The position numbers and the translations under genes were made by a program. The notes under the pieces were generated by a model. The model was not told where the DNA came from. It searched no databases and was given only the letters and a program-made list of their open reading frames with translations. Positions 24,534 through 36,905 of a stretch of 64,000 nt of DNA are shown in pieces (positions within the stretch are counted from its first letter, which is position 1; each line of letters begins with the position of its first letter). This DNA comes from Eledone cirrhosa. Lineage: Eukaryota. The DNA is taken from contig OZ024742.1 of the NCBI GenBank assembly GCA_964016885.1, positions 297,228,001 through 297,292,000 of the forward strand, in the 5' to 3' direction.

Positions 24534-27002
24534 TTAACTTCATGTTAGTCCTCATTAAGCAGACTTATGATCAAACCTATTCCAGCCATGACCATCCTAT
24601 CTTTTTTATCAGACAGTGTGACAAATATTTCATTACCCTTTTCTTTTGTTTAAGACAGAGGAACATTTTCTCGCTATGTCTAGCAATTAAGTGACTCAGT
24701 AAACATTCTTTCAATAGCTTGCATGGAGATTTTGGTATTTGGTGTAGTGTTTTGGTTTGGTATGGTAATGTAGTGATGTGCTCATAGTTTCAAATGATGT
24801 GGAAATGTATAATGTGGCATTGTGGGTTACAAAGCAGGGTCATTGAATATTTGATGTGTCCTTTCCTAAAGGAAATCTTAAGCTTCCTTGAATATCAAGA
24901 GGATATATAGGGCCCTGTAACTCTATTGAAGACTTGACAACATCTCTCATGTTGGTACTAAGATAAAGTACCTCTAGTACACTCTGTAAAATTGCTAGCA
25001 ACTTAATAGAAGCAAGGTAAGGTAGAACGGACTAAGTATATGACAGCTTCTCTAGTGCTGGTGCCATGGTAAAGTGCACCTAGAACACTCAGTAAACAGT
25101 AAAGTGGTAGTGCTGATACAATGCTAAAATGTACACAGTATTCTCTGTAAAGGGATTGGCATCAGAAAATGACCATAACATCTGTCCGTGCCTAAATATG
25201 AAATATATGAGCAATATGTAATTTTCCAGCCTGACTGCTCTAAAAAAATGATTGACACATGGAAAGTGAATGCAAAAAAATGATGATCATGATAATGACT
25301 AGAAACAGCATTGATCTGCCTGGCAAAATTTCTCTCTGATGCACATGTGGTGATGCAGTATGATGGATTGGTGTGTATTGTTTAATATTGTTTGATCTAT
25401 GTTCTAAGAGTATATTATTTAATGTGTCCTTTTTTTCTAATGTGTTATAGTGTGAATTAAGATAGATTTAGCTTCTATTTCTAGCAAATTGGCTGACTAC
25501 ATAAAGGCTGTTTTCTGGATGCATTATTCTACATTGAACCAATGCCGAATAAATTCTCAATCCATCTCAAACCATCATCAAGCATTTTCCCTGAATTAAT
25601 ATTATTCTATCACAATAATATGGTTTGCCTTCATAATTCACAGTAAACCATCTAATAATATAATTGGTTTAGCACCAAAATACCATCATGCCAATCATTC
25701 TATAATATAACTACTGCCATTGCCATTATTGTACCTGTCAATAACACACATATTTTTGGAAACACTGACAAATAGAAATAGAGTAATGTCCTGTTATGTA
25801 TTAAGTGAGCTTTGTGTAATAATTCAAACAATTGCTACATTAGAGTGGTTTTCCAATACCTTGTGGATCACAGAAGGATTTAAAATTACCTCTGCAAATA
25901 TGCCAATAATCATTCATCATACTAAATGCATGTAAGGACCAATATAAACTGTCTATGTATAATAATCACAGCTCTAGTCTTGTGTTTATTCTAAACTGAG
26001 GACATATCACAGTTACATCAGCGTTGGTGTATAAGTGTAATATACATGCATTTCTGGATCGATGCTTTAATCCATCATCAGCAATGTCTATATACTATAG
26101 GATACTGAGGTAGAAGAGGACTATATATTCTCATATATTTTGTAAAGAAATTATTTTTGCTGATAGTTTATTTTATATAGTGTAAGCTTGACTGGCTAGT
26201 GTTAATTAGTGGTAAAACTAACACTGTGATTCAGAAATAAGAGTGTATATATGAATCGATATACAATATATGTATGCATAATATAAATAAACTTGTGAGT
26301 GTTTTAAGATCTGATCGTATCAGAACTACATTGGTATTAATGTAAATGTGCTGGTGATGTTATTACACATCACCAGTAGTAACTTACTTCTGTTAAGATG
26401 CCAAGATATGAAAGACAGAAAAGTCTTATAGATTTTATAAACTAATTATTATTATCCATAAACTTATCATACATGAGTCTATGTATCATCATCATCATTA
26501 CCGTTTTACGTACATTCTTCCACACTAGCATGGTTTGGATGGGTTGTCCTGTTGTGGGCAGTGCCAGGTTGGATGACTTTGTCTTGTTCATTTTTCATAC
26601 TGTATTAGTGCTATTACAAATTTCTCATAGCATCCTCCAGCTTTTACATCAGTTAAATTACATTTCCATATGGTATTCCAAGAATATCCCATAACTTCTC
26701 CTATCTAGATGTCATAATTAGCAGTAGAGGTTGCTCTAAAAACATAGTAATTGAATAAGAACAAAGTGGAAAAAGTTTAGGGAGCTACTACTTCTGTCGG
26801 CAACAAAAGGATTTTCTCATCTAGCAAAGGGAGATTGTATTTGTCTTATGCCCAGTTTTCTCTCAGCTCATCTATGCTACATTATTTGTGCAAATTGCCA
26901 TTACACATCCGATGGATTATGCCCAATTCATTTCATTTCAACTATTATATATCCTCCATATTCACTGCCAATGCCTTACTACCACCAATCGAATATTGTG
27001 AA

Positions 27003-27180
27003 TTGGCAGTATTGGTAGAGGGTCAGATGCCATGCTTTCCAGCATAGTTACGTCCCTTTATAGTCTGAGTTCAAATCCCGTCGAGGTTAACTTTGCCTTT
27101 CATCCTTACCAGGTCGATAAAATAAAGTACCAGTAATGATTTGGGTAATTGCTGGCCTTGTGCCAAAAGTAGAAACAATT
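27003..27180 (+). mobile_element. tRNA-derived SINE (MetaSINE-like core)
   Basis: A-box-like tggcagtattggtag, B-box gagttcaaatccc, core gcctttcatccttac..gtcgataaaataaagtaccag; many copies in the window. Confidence 0.85.
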
Positions 27181-27675
27181 ATCATTTGATATAAAACTTA
27201 CGAATGCATGAAAATATTAACTGTGAGAAAAAAAAAAGAAAAAAGAAAGAAGCTAATCATCAGATTAGATCAAGAAAATAATGTTTCAATTGGTGCTGCC
27301 ATTGTTGATACTATCTACAAGTCACAATTCCAAGCAGAAGGAACAGCACTAAATAAAGTATTTAACTCATGAACACAATGCAGGAATCAAATTCATAATC
27401 ATACAACAGAACTGAATCTTATACTTTATATATTGTGCCTCAGAGTGAGTGTGTGTACATATATAAAGTGGCGGACTGGCCTGGTTGGCCAATGGGAAGT
27501 GGGCCCCCTGGTGCCCACGGTAGCATTGCAAGAGCCCACAGTAGCATTGCAGGGCCCACTGTAGTATTTTAGGGGCCAATGCTTTGCTTTCAAAAAATAC
27601 CTGAAATCTAAGAGAAAGAATAAAATAAAAATAAAAATAATAAAATAATTAAGCAAAGCAATTAGTCAATCAATT

Positions 27676-28022
27676 CCACATCATTTTGTTTTGAAAATTT
27701 TGAAAGTATGAATTTTCATAAGATTTTTTGTAGTTTTCGCTGTGGCCTAGCAGTAGGTACTAGAGACAGTGGAGATCCTGGCCTTGGGTTCAATCCTGGT
27801 CAAGAGGTACATGTAACCTTTTTCAGTTTTTATTTTACAACCCATAGAAAAAAATATGAAGAGGGTTACTGGGAAGCCTACTTCCCAACCAGGAGCGAAC
27901 TTCAGACCAGGATCACTACTGTCTATGATTCCTCCAACTAGGCCACCGAGACAGCTACAAAATTATAAAGAAAATTGATGATTATAAACCTACTTTCAAA
28001 ATCAAAGTTAAAAAGATGTGGT
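27676..28022. repeat. Diverged inverted repeat whose arms each carry a tRNA-like head
   Basis: gtggcctag..gacagtggagatcctgg..gttcaatcctggt (27742-27800) mirrored by accagg..gaac..ccaggatcactactgtc..ctaggccac (27888-27947); outer ccacatc/gatgtgg and ttttgaaagta/tactttcaaaa. Confidence 0.6.
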
Positions 28023-28653
28023 GTCATTCATGGCTTTCCATTATTAGTAATATTTAGGGTCGACTTCTGGTCGCTATTGAAAGTCTCTGGATTTCGCAAA
28101 ATACATAATATTTTTTATTGGAGAAGGTAAGTTATTTTTCCGCAAAAGTTTTATTGCACTGTTTTGTTTCCAATTATGTATCTTTCAAAAATGTAATTTA
28201 TTCATTCTAAAAATTAAATGATAGCATTCTATATGTCGGTGGACCCCCTTCATCTCCTAGCAACCAATATTTGTAGACCGAGTCCGGCACTACATATACA
28301 CTAGGTCCAAACACAACTCTGTATCCAATACACTTACCAATAGACCACACACTTCCACTAGAGTACAACAAACTAGGACAAATATTAAAAGACACTGTTT
28401 TACACTCTAACAACTCTGCTAATTCACTGTTTCGTTCTTTACTCTCTTGGCCTGCTATAAGTACTTTGAATTATCATTTTATTCTGGAATATTCTATAGA
28501 ATTTATTCACATGTGATTTTGATTTGCTACATCACTGAAATTATATAATTCTAGACTCTCCTTGTCCCAAAGAGAAACTTGTATTAAACAACCATATGTA
28601 ATATGCACACACACACATATATACATATTTATGTGTATATATACATATATACA

Positions 28654-28751
<98 letters not shown>

Positions 28752-28778
28752 AGTTAATATATATCATATATACATGAA

Positions 28779-28815
<37 letters not shown>

Positions 28816-29872
28816 TAGATGTACATATGTGTATATATATATATATACAGATATACATATATACACACATGCAAGTTAATATATATCATACATTTTTTTC
28901 CTCATGAACACAAATACTTCTCTCATTGTGGGATTACATTTCAGAGTAGATATTAACTTGAGCATTTTCTAATGGAAGAAGGTGCAATATGATATATAAA
29001 TTGCATCAATTTCTTTATTGCATTCCAATTTACATGTACATTTAAAGTTTTGCTTTAGTCAAATGAAACAGTGAAAGACACAGCTTCATAGAATATTAAT
29101 TTAATACTTCTGTCATTGTGATAACTCTAGAGTAAATGTTACATGATTTCATACGGATATTTCAATAGATGAAATTTCTCATAAGAAATTTGATGATAGT
29201 CAGATAGTAATGTATAGACTTCAAACAGAAGACAAGGATATTCTGCATTTCTTGGATAGGTAGTGTTTGATTTTTTTTTTAAATGTTACATTATATAACT
29301 TTATCTTTCTAAATAATTCTTTTTTTTATATGTGTATATGTGAGAAAGATATAATTTACCATTTTATATAGATTTCCTATCTAGGATTTATGGTTGAGAA
29401 AAAGTTTTCATTTTGAATGGCACTTGGGTATAGGTGCAGTAATGGCTATATGTATGTATATTTTTTATGTATGTAATGTATGTATGTACGTGTGTATATA
29501 TATATGGAGAATAAAAATGGCTGTGTAGTTGCTATTTAAGGTAACTTAAACTGTAGTGGGAATACGAAGAAAGCAAAAACAGGGTGGGAGGGAGTTTTCC
29601 TCAACAGTTGTCTACTGGGGGTCTAGAATATTTCTACGCTTTAAAGACAAGATACCACTTCACCCCAGGGTGTCAATAACTGGATAAGTTATTGGGAAAA
29701 CGAAGGAAGGAGGGAAGGAAAGAAAAGGGGAAGAAAAGAGAAACAGTAACAAAACAGCGGAAAAAACCACAAACAATGTCCGAGCAACTATAGGTAGGAA
29801 ATCCAAGACAACTCGATTAGAAACATACTGGCAGGTCAGCGTCATGCTCCTTATGCTTGTCTATATATATAT

Positions 29873-30218
29873 AGGAGGCACATGGCTTAGTGGTTAGAGC
29901 ATTGGCCTTGCAATCGAAAGGTTTTGAGTTCAATTCTCAGACCGGGTGATGTGTTGTTTCCTTGAGCAAGACACTTTATTTCACATTGCTCCAGTTTACT
30001 CACCTCTAGAAATGAGATGATAGGGACTGGGGTCCCTGTCATTCCACTGCAAAGTGTTCGTTGAGGTGCCACGGCAAAAAAGCACCCAGCACTCACTGTA
30101 AATGAGGTTGGCGTTAGGAAGGGCATCCAGCTGTAGAAATCGAGCCAGAATCAGTTCCCGTCCCACCCTTGCAAGCAGGGAAAAGCGGACGTAAAATGAA
30201 ATGATGAATGATGATGAT
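29873..30218 (+). mobile_element. tRNA-derived SINE with RTE-type 3' tail
   Basis: Head ggaggcacatggcttagtggttag..gagttcaattc; core ccttgagcaagacacttt; tail gttggcgttaggaagggcatccagctgtagaaa..cggacgtaaaatga shared with the RTE 3' UTR. Confidence 0.85.
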
Positions 30219-30271
<53 letters not shown>

Positions 30272-30792
30272 GATATATATATATTAAGAAAGCATAATTG
30301 TGAGAAGTAATAAAATGCTGATTATCACTTGAATCACAAATACAATAATAAATCACTGTTTTTCAATTTGGATCTATTACTTTTATATTTCTCAAAACTT
30401 ATCAAGATATACACTTAGAAGTTATTATTTTAGTAACTATATTTATATCTTGAAAAGTCTCATGAAAGACAAAATTATTAGATTCTCATTATAAAAAAAT
30501 GTTTTAGTATATTCTTTAATTCAAGTGATAAACAGTGTTTTATTACTATATGTAACAATTACACTTTATTAATATATTATTCTGTACACTACTGAAGACA
30601 TTCATCCACACACCACACACCACACCACACCACACGCACACATACACACGATATTGTTTTAGGTTTCCCTAGTTCAGGGTTGAGTATGCTATAACAAGGA
30701 TTGTTTCAGCGTCCAGTGGTTGAAACAAACCCTACTTTATTGCTTATCTGTGTTAATCTGTGTATATATATATATATATATATATACAAAAG

Positions 30793-31162
30793 GTAATCGA
30801 AAGGTTGTGAGTTCAATTCTAAGACCGGGTGATGTGTTGTTTCCTTGAGCAAGACACTTTATTTCACATTGCTCCAGTTTACTTAGCTGTAGAAATGAGA
30901 TGATAGTACTGGGGTCCCTATCATTCCACTGCAAAGTGGTCATGGAGGTGCCACGGCAAAAAAAGCACCCAGCACTCACTGTAAATGAGGTTGGTGTTAG
31001 GAAGGGCATTCAGCTGTAGAAATCAAGCCAGAATCAGTTCCCGTATGAGCAAGACAAGGTCAGCCAACCGGACACTGTCCACAACAGGACAACCCGTCTA
31101 ACCCATGCTAGCGTGGAAGAACAGACGTAAAACGGTGATGATGATGATGATGATGATGATGA
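30793..31162 (+). mobile_element. Second, 5'-truncated copy of the RTE-tailed SINE
   Basis: Highly similar to 29911-30160; ends in (GAT)n. Confidence 0.85.
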
Positions 31163-31320
31163 TATTTATATATATATCAAGTATATTGTGTATTATCCAT
31201 GCACCCATTGGTCTTATATGTATATATATATGTTTTTAAATGTGACACGTTGATAAGATTATAACTGTTATCATTTAACTAAAATATACTACACTAATAA
31301 TACCTAATATATATCTAATA

Positions 31321-31500
31321 ATTGTTTCTACTTTAGGCACAAGGCCAGCAATTAACCAGTGCATTACTGGTACTTTATTTTATCGACCCCGTAAGGATGA
31401 AAGGCAAAGTCAACCTCGGCGGGATTTGAACTCAGATCGTAAAGGGACGTAACTATGCTGGAAAGCATGGCGTCCGACCCTCCACCGATACTGCCAATCC
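31321..31500 (-). mobile_element. tRNA-derived SINE (MetaSINE-like core)
   Basis: Reverse complement of the 27003-27180 family. Confidence 0.88.
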
Positions 31501-32269
31501 ATCTAATAATATGTTGATATCTTGGTTGAAGAATAATTAGTGCATTTACACCCAGTTATACATATGTATATATTTATCCCTAACATCCTTCAATATATTA
31601 TCTTATTTTATTTTTATCTTCGTCGTTATTATTTACCTTAAACATACTGGCTCATTAATATATACCTATATACATAATAGTTATTTAAATATTTATAACA
31701 ATAATGTACTTCAAAGGCTTTACATACCTAATACGTTGGGATATTTGTTAAAGTTTAAATTTAGGTAAATAATCAACAGTATAATATTTCATTCTTTATG
31801 TGGCAGCTAAATCCTTTAAATGTTACTCTCACAATTCAGAAGTTTAGAAATGATAACACACTTATCGAATTTATATAAATAATATATAAATAACCAGCAA
31901 ATAATCCTGAAATCGGGAGTCTTCACCCTAATATTATAAATTAAATATTTTCAAATCTAACCGTTTAACTTTCGAAAAAAAACCCACACTTTATTTTTCC
32001 CTCTTTATAAATCTTTTTCCAGTGGCTATCACTGGCTGTTATGATTCATGAGATGTTTTCCTAGATATATCGTAGTATCATACACTTTAAAATTTTAGAA
32101 CACTTACAGTATGCAACGTTTTTTATTACTCACACATTCTCTAATGAATTTACTATGTTTTCGCATTTTCTCATAGATAGGATATAAGTAACATTTTCTA
32201 TCGGGTTAATCACTACCTTGATTAAATCTTAACCATTTAACATCTCAGGGTATGTCATGTATCATTATA

Positions 32270-32320
32270 TTTTGTCTGATGAGGACGTACTGTTGTACAT
32301 CCGAAATATGTATAATAAAA
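32270..32320 (+). ncRNA. Hammerhead ribozyme motif, family E (partly decayed)
   Basis: CUGAUGA-GGACGUAC[uguu]GUACAUCC-GAAA-UAUGUA; 8-bp stem II with one mismatch; stem I weak. Confidence 0.55.
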
Positions 32321-32475
32321 TGTAATCGATCAAAAGAACATCTATTTTATTAATACTTATATTTTAATATTAATAACTCCAGAAAATTATTTTTACCGTT
32401 GAGTGCTTCCAATCTACTGTAAAACTCATTCTTTGACATAATCATTTAATATTGTTTAACAATTTAATATATATA

Positions 32476-33652
32476 TGGGACGACATGATAAATTCCGACC
32501 TCACACGCTTACACCTCTCCAAGACAATGTCACTGGACTGAGACCTTTGGCGGTACTCAGTAATAGAGAAGACCCGCCTTACCTAAATACAAAGTAAAAC
32601 CTACTACAGTCAGTAGGCATCTCTATCAAAACACACCCCCGTCCCACCACCCCCACCCCATCCACACCGCCCCTTTCAATGTAAAGTTATGTTGGTGCCA
32701 CAACATCCAGGCCGAAACAAATGAGATCGTGTAGGTGTCACGACAAAAAAACACACAGTCCACGCTGTAAATGTGGCCATGTAGGCAACATGGTAAAAAC
32801 CTCCCAGCCCCACACTGTATATGTGGTTGGTGTTAGGAAGGGCATCCAGCTGTAGAAAACCCGCCAGACAGTCCACGCTGTAATGTGGCCGTGTAGGCAA
32901 CACGGTAAAAACCTCCCAGCCCCACACTGTAAATGTGGTTGGTGTTAGGAAGGGCATCCAGCTGTAGAAAACCCGCCAGACAGTCCACGCTGTAATGTGG
33001 CCGTGTAGGCAACACGGTAAAAACCTCCCAGCCCCACACTGTAAATGTGGTTGGTGTTAGGAAGGGCATCCAGCTGTAGAAAACCCGCCAGACAGTCCAC
33101 GCTGTAATGTGGCCGTGTAGGCAACACGGTAAAAACCTCCCAGCCCCACACTGTAAATGTGGTTGGTGTTAGGAAGGGCATCCAGCTGTAGAAAACCCGC
33201 CAGACAGTCCACGCTGTAATGTGGCCGTGTAGGCAACACGGTAAAAACCTCCCAGCCCCACATTGTAAATGTGGTTGGTGTTAGGAAGGGCATCCAGCTG
33301 TAGAAAACCCGCCAGACAGTCCACGCTGTAATGTGGCCGTGTAGGCAACACGGTAAAAACCTCCCAGCCCCACACTGTAAATGTGGTTGGTGTTAGGAAG
33401 GGCATCCAGCTGTAGAAAACCCGCCAGACAGTCCACGCTGTAATGTGGCCGTGTAGGCAACACGGTAAAAACCTCCCAGCCCCACACTGTAAATGTGGTT
33501 GGTGTTAGGAAGGGCATCCAGCTGTAGAAAACCCGCCAGACAGTCCTATGCAAGCAAGACAACCACTCTTGCCTCAAGTGGGAAAATCCCCGTCCAAACC
33601 CATGCAAGCGTGGAACACGGACGCTAAACCTTGATGATGATGATGATGATGA
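32476..33652 (+). mobile_element. 3' fragment of the 19752-23243 RTE family with expanded UTR
   Basis: 32476-32755 matches 22737-23017; 33541-33652 matches 23128-23243. Confidence 0.92.
32756..33540 (+). repeat. Tandem array, 7 x 112 bp
   Basis: Units start at 32756, 32869, 32981, 33093, 33205, 33317, 33429; units 2-7 are nearly identical. Confidence 0.95.
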
Positions 33653-34014
33653 TATATATATATATATATCAGTTCCCGTCCCACCCTTGTAAGCAGGGAA
33701 AAGCAGACGTAAAATGATGATGATAATAAAAAATAAAAAATATATATATATATATATATATATAAATATATATATATGTAAGTATGCATGTATACGTACA
33801 TACATATATGTATACAGACGTACAGTAGCATGCACATATATATATATATATACATATATATACATATGCATACAGGTACACATACATATATGCACGTATC
33901 AGTTTAGCGGCGCTAACGTCGCTTTGTTCGTTTGTAAACAAACTGAACAGCCTGAATTTATGCCATACGGTGTTAAGGCAACCACGTCACCTTTTTGTTC
34001 AACACTGACACAGG

Positions 34015-34059
34015 AACGATGTACTAGTTTCAAGCTTGTTAGCTATCATCAGCACCGTT
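34015..34059 (-). ncRNA. Minimal hammerhead ribozyme motif, family C
   Basis: Reverse complement of 34359-34403. Confidence 0.78.
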
Positions 34060-34358
34060 TACCCATCTGCCAGATAGTTGAACGTTCGAAAGTATATACT
34101 TTCCTTATATATATATATGTGCATGCTACTGTACGTCTGTATACATATATGTATGTACGTATACATGCATACTTACATTTAAGTAAGTGCCATACTAAGA
34201 GTGAGAAATGAAATTTCGTTTTCATTTTGTTTCAATTTATCGTTTTCGGTATGCCTGACCGATTTAACTCACTCAATATGCAAATTAGGCTGCTCAGCCG
34301 TTAATTTTCATAAGGAAAGTATATACTTTCGAACGTTCAACTATCTGGCAGATGGGTA

Positions 34359-34403
34359 AACGGTGCTGATGATAGCTAACAAGCTTGAAACTAGTACATC
34401 GTT
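34359..34403 (+). ncRNA. Minimal hammerhead ribozyme motif, family C
   Basis: AACGGUG-CUGAUGA-U-AGCU[aaca]AGCU-U-GAAA-CUAG-UA-CAUCGUU; palindromic ACUAGU stem III; GUA triplet. Confidence 0.82.
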
Positions 34404-34696
34404 CCTGTGTCAGTGTTGAACAAAAAGGTGACGTGGTTGCCTTAACACCGTATGGCATAAATTCAGGCTGTTCAGTTTGTTTACAAACGAACAAAGCGAC
34501 GTTAGCGCCGCTAAACTGATACGTGCATATATGTATGTGTACCTGTATGCATATGTATATATATGTATATATATATATATATGTGCATGCTACTGTACGT
34601 CTGTATACATATATGTATGTACGTATACATGCATACTTACATTTAAGTAAGTGCCATACTAAGAGTGAGAAATGAAATTTCGTTTTCATTTTGTTT

Positions 34697-34792
<96 letters not shown>

Positions 34793-34994
34793 TATATATA
34801 TATATGATGTATGTGTGTGTGAGACACCAACTGTAACTTTAAACTGGCACTGTTTTAAAGCAAGTTGTTATCTATGTCTATGTCCTGCAGCTTAGCTGTT
34901 TCAGAAAGGTCAGTAGTGTATACCTTGATTTAGCATCAGAAATGTCATCTTACTTCAGAAGTTCTCACACCAGCATGGGAAAAGCAGGCATAAA

Positions 34995-35180
34995 AATGAT
35001 GACAATGATGATACTGTTGCTGATGATAATTGTGATGCTGGTGCTGCTGATGAAGGTGTTTGTGCTGGTGTTAATGCCTGTGTTGAAGCTGGTGTTGATG
35101 CTGGTGATGATAGTATTGGTACTGGTGTTGATGCTGATGGTGTTTGTGTTGCTGCTTTTGTTGATGCCAGTGATGATAGT
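34995..35180. repeat. Degenerate trinucleotide/hexanucleotide (gtgctg/gatg) low-complexity repeat
   Basis: Periodic NTG triplets; produces spurious Val/Leu/Met and Thr/Pro/Ala ORFs. Confidence 0.75.
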
Positions 35181-36589
35181 GTGTTTTTTTTGTTAGTCAC
35201 AGTGGTTATGTTTATGATGATGGCTCTACTAAGGTCTGTAATAATTACAAATCTAATTTAACACAGTGACTTTGTAAATTCTTCTGGTTTAAAATAAGTT
35301 TGTTCTGCTTATCTCTGTTGACAGTTTTGCTGATCTATCTATGAAATGAATAAAACAACAATAATAGAAATAAATTGAATTCAGTATTATTCTGTGTTGT
35401 TGATATTTCACTTTAGACGTTACTATTTCAATGTCTGTTACATATTTTAATTAAATTATAGGTTTTAGATATTTTACAATTTTATGATTTTCACTTTCAT
35501 TTCCTAAAATCTATAAAATAAGTTACATATAACAAAAATATTTCTCTAGTTGATTTTATCACCTTCACTAACAACCATTGCTTCAGAACTAAGTTAAATA
35601 GTGTTTTATTTCACAAATAGAGAAATGTCCAAGTGGTTAATATAACAAACAACCAGTGATATTCTTTATCTCTTAATGCTCACATGAAACCGCATGAGCA
35701 AGACAGTCTTGAAAAATATACAACAACATTAGACTACACCACAGTATAAAGTAAAGTCTTTACTCAACTAGTACTCATGTAACAATTATTTATCTACTTT
35801 TAAAGATACTAAAGATACTAATCCAGCTTTTAGAAATTTACTGTAACATTTGATAGAGTAAATAGGAAAGCAAATGAATTATCAAAGGAGGGAATACAAA
35901 GGGAAATAATAGATATAGACTACATCCTAACTCTATTGCAAGTGAAACCATTTACCAAAAATTTAATTAGTCAAGGGTGGCTCAAATTTTTGGAAGAATC
36001 TAGCTCTCAAATTTCAGTCCTCTACTTTCTCAACCAGATCTGTCAACATTTAAAACAGATCAGACACTGGGCAATGTTAATAAAAAGACTATGCTGGATT
36101 TGAATAAGACATATACCTTTTAACTACATTTTATCATGAAGAGGTCGTAGAGAACCTCTATGTTCTTGTAGTGACTTCCCAGAAACCATTTGTCCAGATG
36201 TAAAAACTATCATTCTAAGAGAGAAGACTTGTTGAAGCCGATCATTAATAAAACTACCAAGATTAAAGATACAATACATTGTAAAAGATCTACCAACTAT
36301 AATCAACATCTTTGAGAACATGGAGGTTACAACCCTTGTTTTCCAATTTTTCTTTATCTTTTTTTATACCTCTTTTGCTTCCAATTGGTCTTCCATACCA
36401 AATTTTTTAATTTTTGATTTTATTAAAAAAGAAATAGGATTTCGCTCAAGCATAGCTTTATACAATATGTATAAATATTTCGTATCTCCAAAGAAACACG
36501 GTTTTAGGAAGCCGTAGTTATGCAAACACCGGGGGTGGGGGGGGGGGGCTGACGCCCTCTGGTCATGTCCAGCAGAAGCAAGGGGGACA

Positions 36590-36633
36590 ACCGTCTATGC
36601 ATTTCAGGCTTAACTGGCCATCGTCAGGACGGT
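36590..36633 (-). ncRNA. Minimal hammerhead ribozyme motif, family D
   Basis: ACCGUC-CUGACGA-UGGC[caguuaa]GCCU-GAAA-UGCA-UA-GACGGU; perfect 6-bp stem I. Confidence 0.82.
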
Positions 36634-36861
36634 CCCTCCCACCACTTGCGACTGCTGGACTAGAAGACAGGCGAGAATATATAGTTTTCTCGTCTTGTAT
36701 AAAGCTATGCTTGAAGCGAAATCTTATTTCTTTTTTATTTTAAGTTGAGCCGACTTATGCAGCTTCATATGCAAAAGAGATTAATCACCTCATTTACACA
36801 GACAAGAAAACTATATATTCTCGCCTGTCCTCTAGTCCAGCAGTCGCAAGCAGTGGGAAGG

Positions 36862-36905
36862 ACCGTCCTGACGAAGGCCAGTTAAGCCTGAAATGCATAG
36901 ACAGT
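36862..36905 (+). ncRNA. Minimal hammerhead ribozyme motif, family D
   Basis: ACCGUC-CUGACGA-AGGC[caguuaa]GCCU-GAAA-UGCA-UA-GACAGU; perfect stem II; palindromic AUGCAU. Confidence 0.82.

Larger units (their letters stand above)
33776..34700 (+). mobile_element. Non-coding hammerhead-bearing fold-back/permuted element, family C (monomer ~464 nt)
   Basis: 33776-34108 mirrors 34310-34642; ~34110-34236 is repeated directly at ~34574-34700; flanked by (TA)n. Confidence 0.85.

Noticed and set aside
27003-27085. tRNA gene
   Set aside because: A/B boxes belong to a multi-copy SINE head; no complete cloverleaf
32756-33540. CRISPR-like regular array and repeated 78-aa ORFs
   Set aside because: Units repeat in full with no unique spacers, no cas genes, eukaryotic context; the ORFs are antisense to an RTE UTR
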